Shown here: piece after piece, positions 63,031-64,000 of the stretch
Layout of the letters: the number at the start of each line of letters is the position of its first letter
Numbering within the stretch: the stretch's first letter is position 1
Program-made: the position numbers and the translations under genes
Notes under the pieces: model-generated
Told to the model about the DNA's origin: nothing
Databases searched by the model: none
What the model saw: the letters and a program-made list of their open reading frames with translations, nothing else
NCBI RefSeq assembly: GCF_022539665.2
Contig: NC_081334.1
Span: 2,542,001-2,606,000 of the forward strand
Direction: 5' to 3'
DNA length: 64,000 bases
Source: Daphnia carinata
Taxonomy: Eukaryota

Positions 63031-64000
63031 ATGGCTACATATCAACCGACGGATTACGATTATTCGTCAGTAAAGTTGGCTGATTTTGAAATTGGACAGC
63101 ATATTGGTAAAGGTCAGTTCAGCGTGGTGTATCGCGCTCGCTGTAAATTAAGTCAGCAAATGGTTGCATTGAAAAAGGTTCAACTTTACGAAATGACCGA
63201 CTTAAAAGCCCGGACTGACTGCATGAAAGAAATTCAACTTTTACAGGTATATAGTACGTTTTCGATTTTTCAGCCACATTGATTAATATCTATCGTACAT
63301 TTCTCGCGACAGCAATTAAATCATCCAAATGTCGTGTGCTACATCCATTCTTTCGTGGAGAACAAAGAACTGCAAATCGTCCTCGAACTAGCCGACGCCG
63401 GTGATCTTGCTCAGCTTTTGCGATATTGCCAAAGACAACACCGACTTTTGGTAGAAAAAACGATATGGCGCTATTTTGTTCAACTTTGCAGTGCTCTGGA
63501 ACACATGCACAGCAAAAGAGTTTTACATAGAGGTCTGTACCAACTTGCCATTCAGGTATTACTTTGTTCATTCAATTGTTTTCTTGTAGATATAAAACCA
63601 GCAAATGTTTTCATGACGGCTAGTGGAGTAGTTAAACTGGGTGATTTAGGCTTAAGTCGCTTCTTCAGTTCAAAAACATTAGCAGCACATTCACTAGTTG
63701 GCACACCTTACTACATGAGCCCAGAGAGATTAAAACAAACGGGCTACGATTTCAAATCAGACATATGGTCATTGGGCTGTCTTCTGTATGAGGTATGAGC
63801 TACAATGAATTTTAAATTTAAGGAAACTGAATTTCTCGTGACAGATGGCCGCTCTTCAATCACCTTTCTATGGAGAGAAAACAAATTTGTTCTCTCTCTG
63901 CCAAAAGATTGAGAGATGTGAATACCCTCCAATTCCTTCAACTCACTACAGTCAAGAGGTTGTGAATCGTTCATAGGATAACTTGACATATACTCATTTT
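63031..64000 (+). CDS. NEK7: NIMA-related kinase NEK6/7 (3' end beyond window)
   Basis: [70 protein letters not shown]. Confidence 0.93.

Overview
Gene-dense eukaryotic window with roughly 40% GC and many 55-100 nt GT-AG introns; gene content and intron size fit a Daphnia-like crustacean (inference). Recognisable genes are an SLC22 organic cation transporter (partial), a short secreted collagen, METTL23, ACBD6, MEP-1, Rme-8/DNAJC13, RBM18, RpS8 with three intronic C/D snoRNAs, Khc-73/KIF13, SERINC, flower/CACFD1 and NEK7 (partial), plus several orphan ORFs. Four things stand out. (i) METTL23 and an intronless ACBD6 are separated by only 19 nt, a candidate dicistronic mRNA. (ii) An ~11 kb island (15-25.9 kb) lacks recognisable genes but holds splice-signal-rich noncoding-looking units, a perfect 23-bp GC-rich array followed by four RNA hairpins, three degenerate tRNA-like elements, a 39-bp array and a small TA-flanked inverted-repeat element. 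(iii) One RBM18 intron restores the RRM only with a TG 3' splice site. (iv) One RpS8 snoRNA has a single guide matching both U6 and 28S rRNA. All calls come from manual reading and recalled family motifs; no database search was run.
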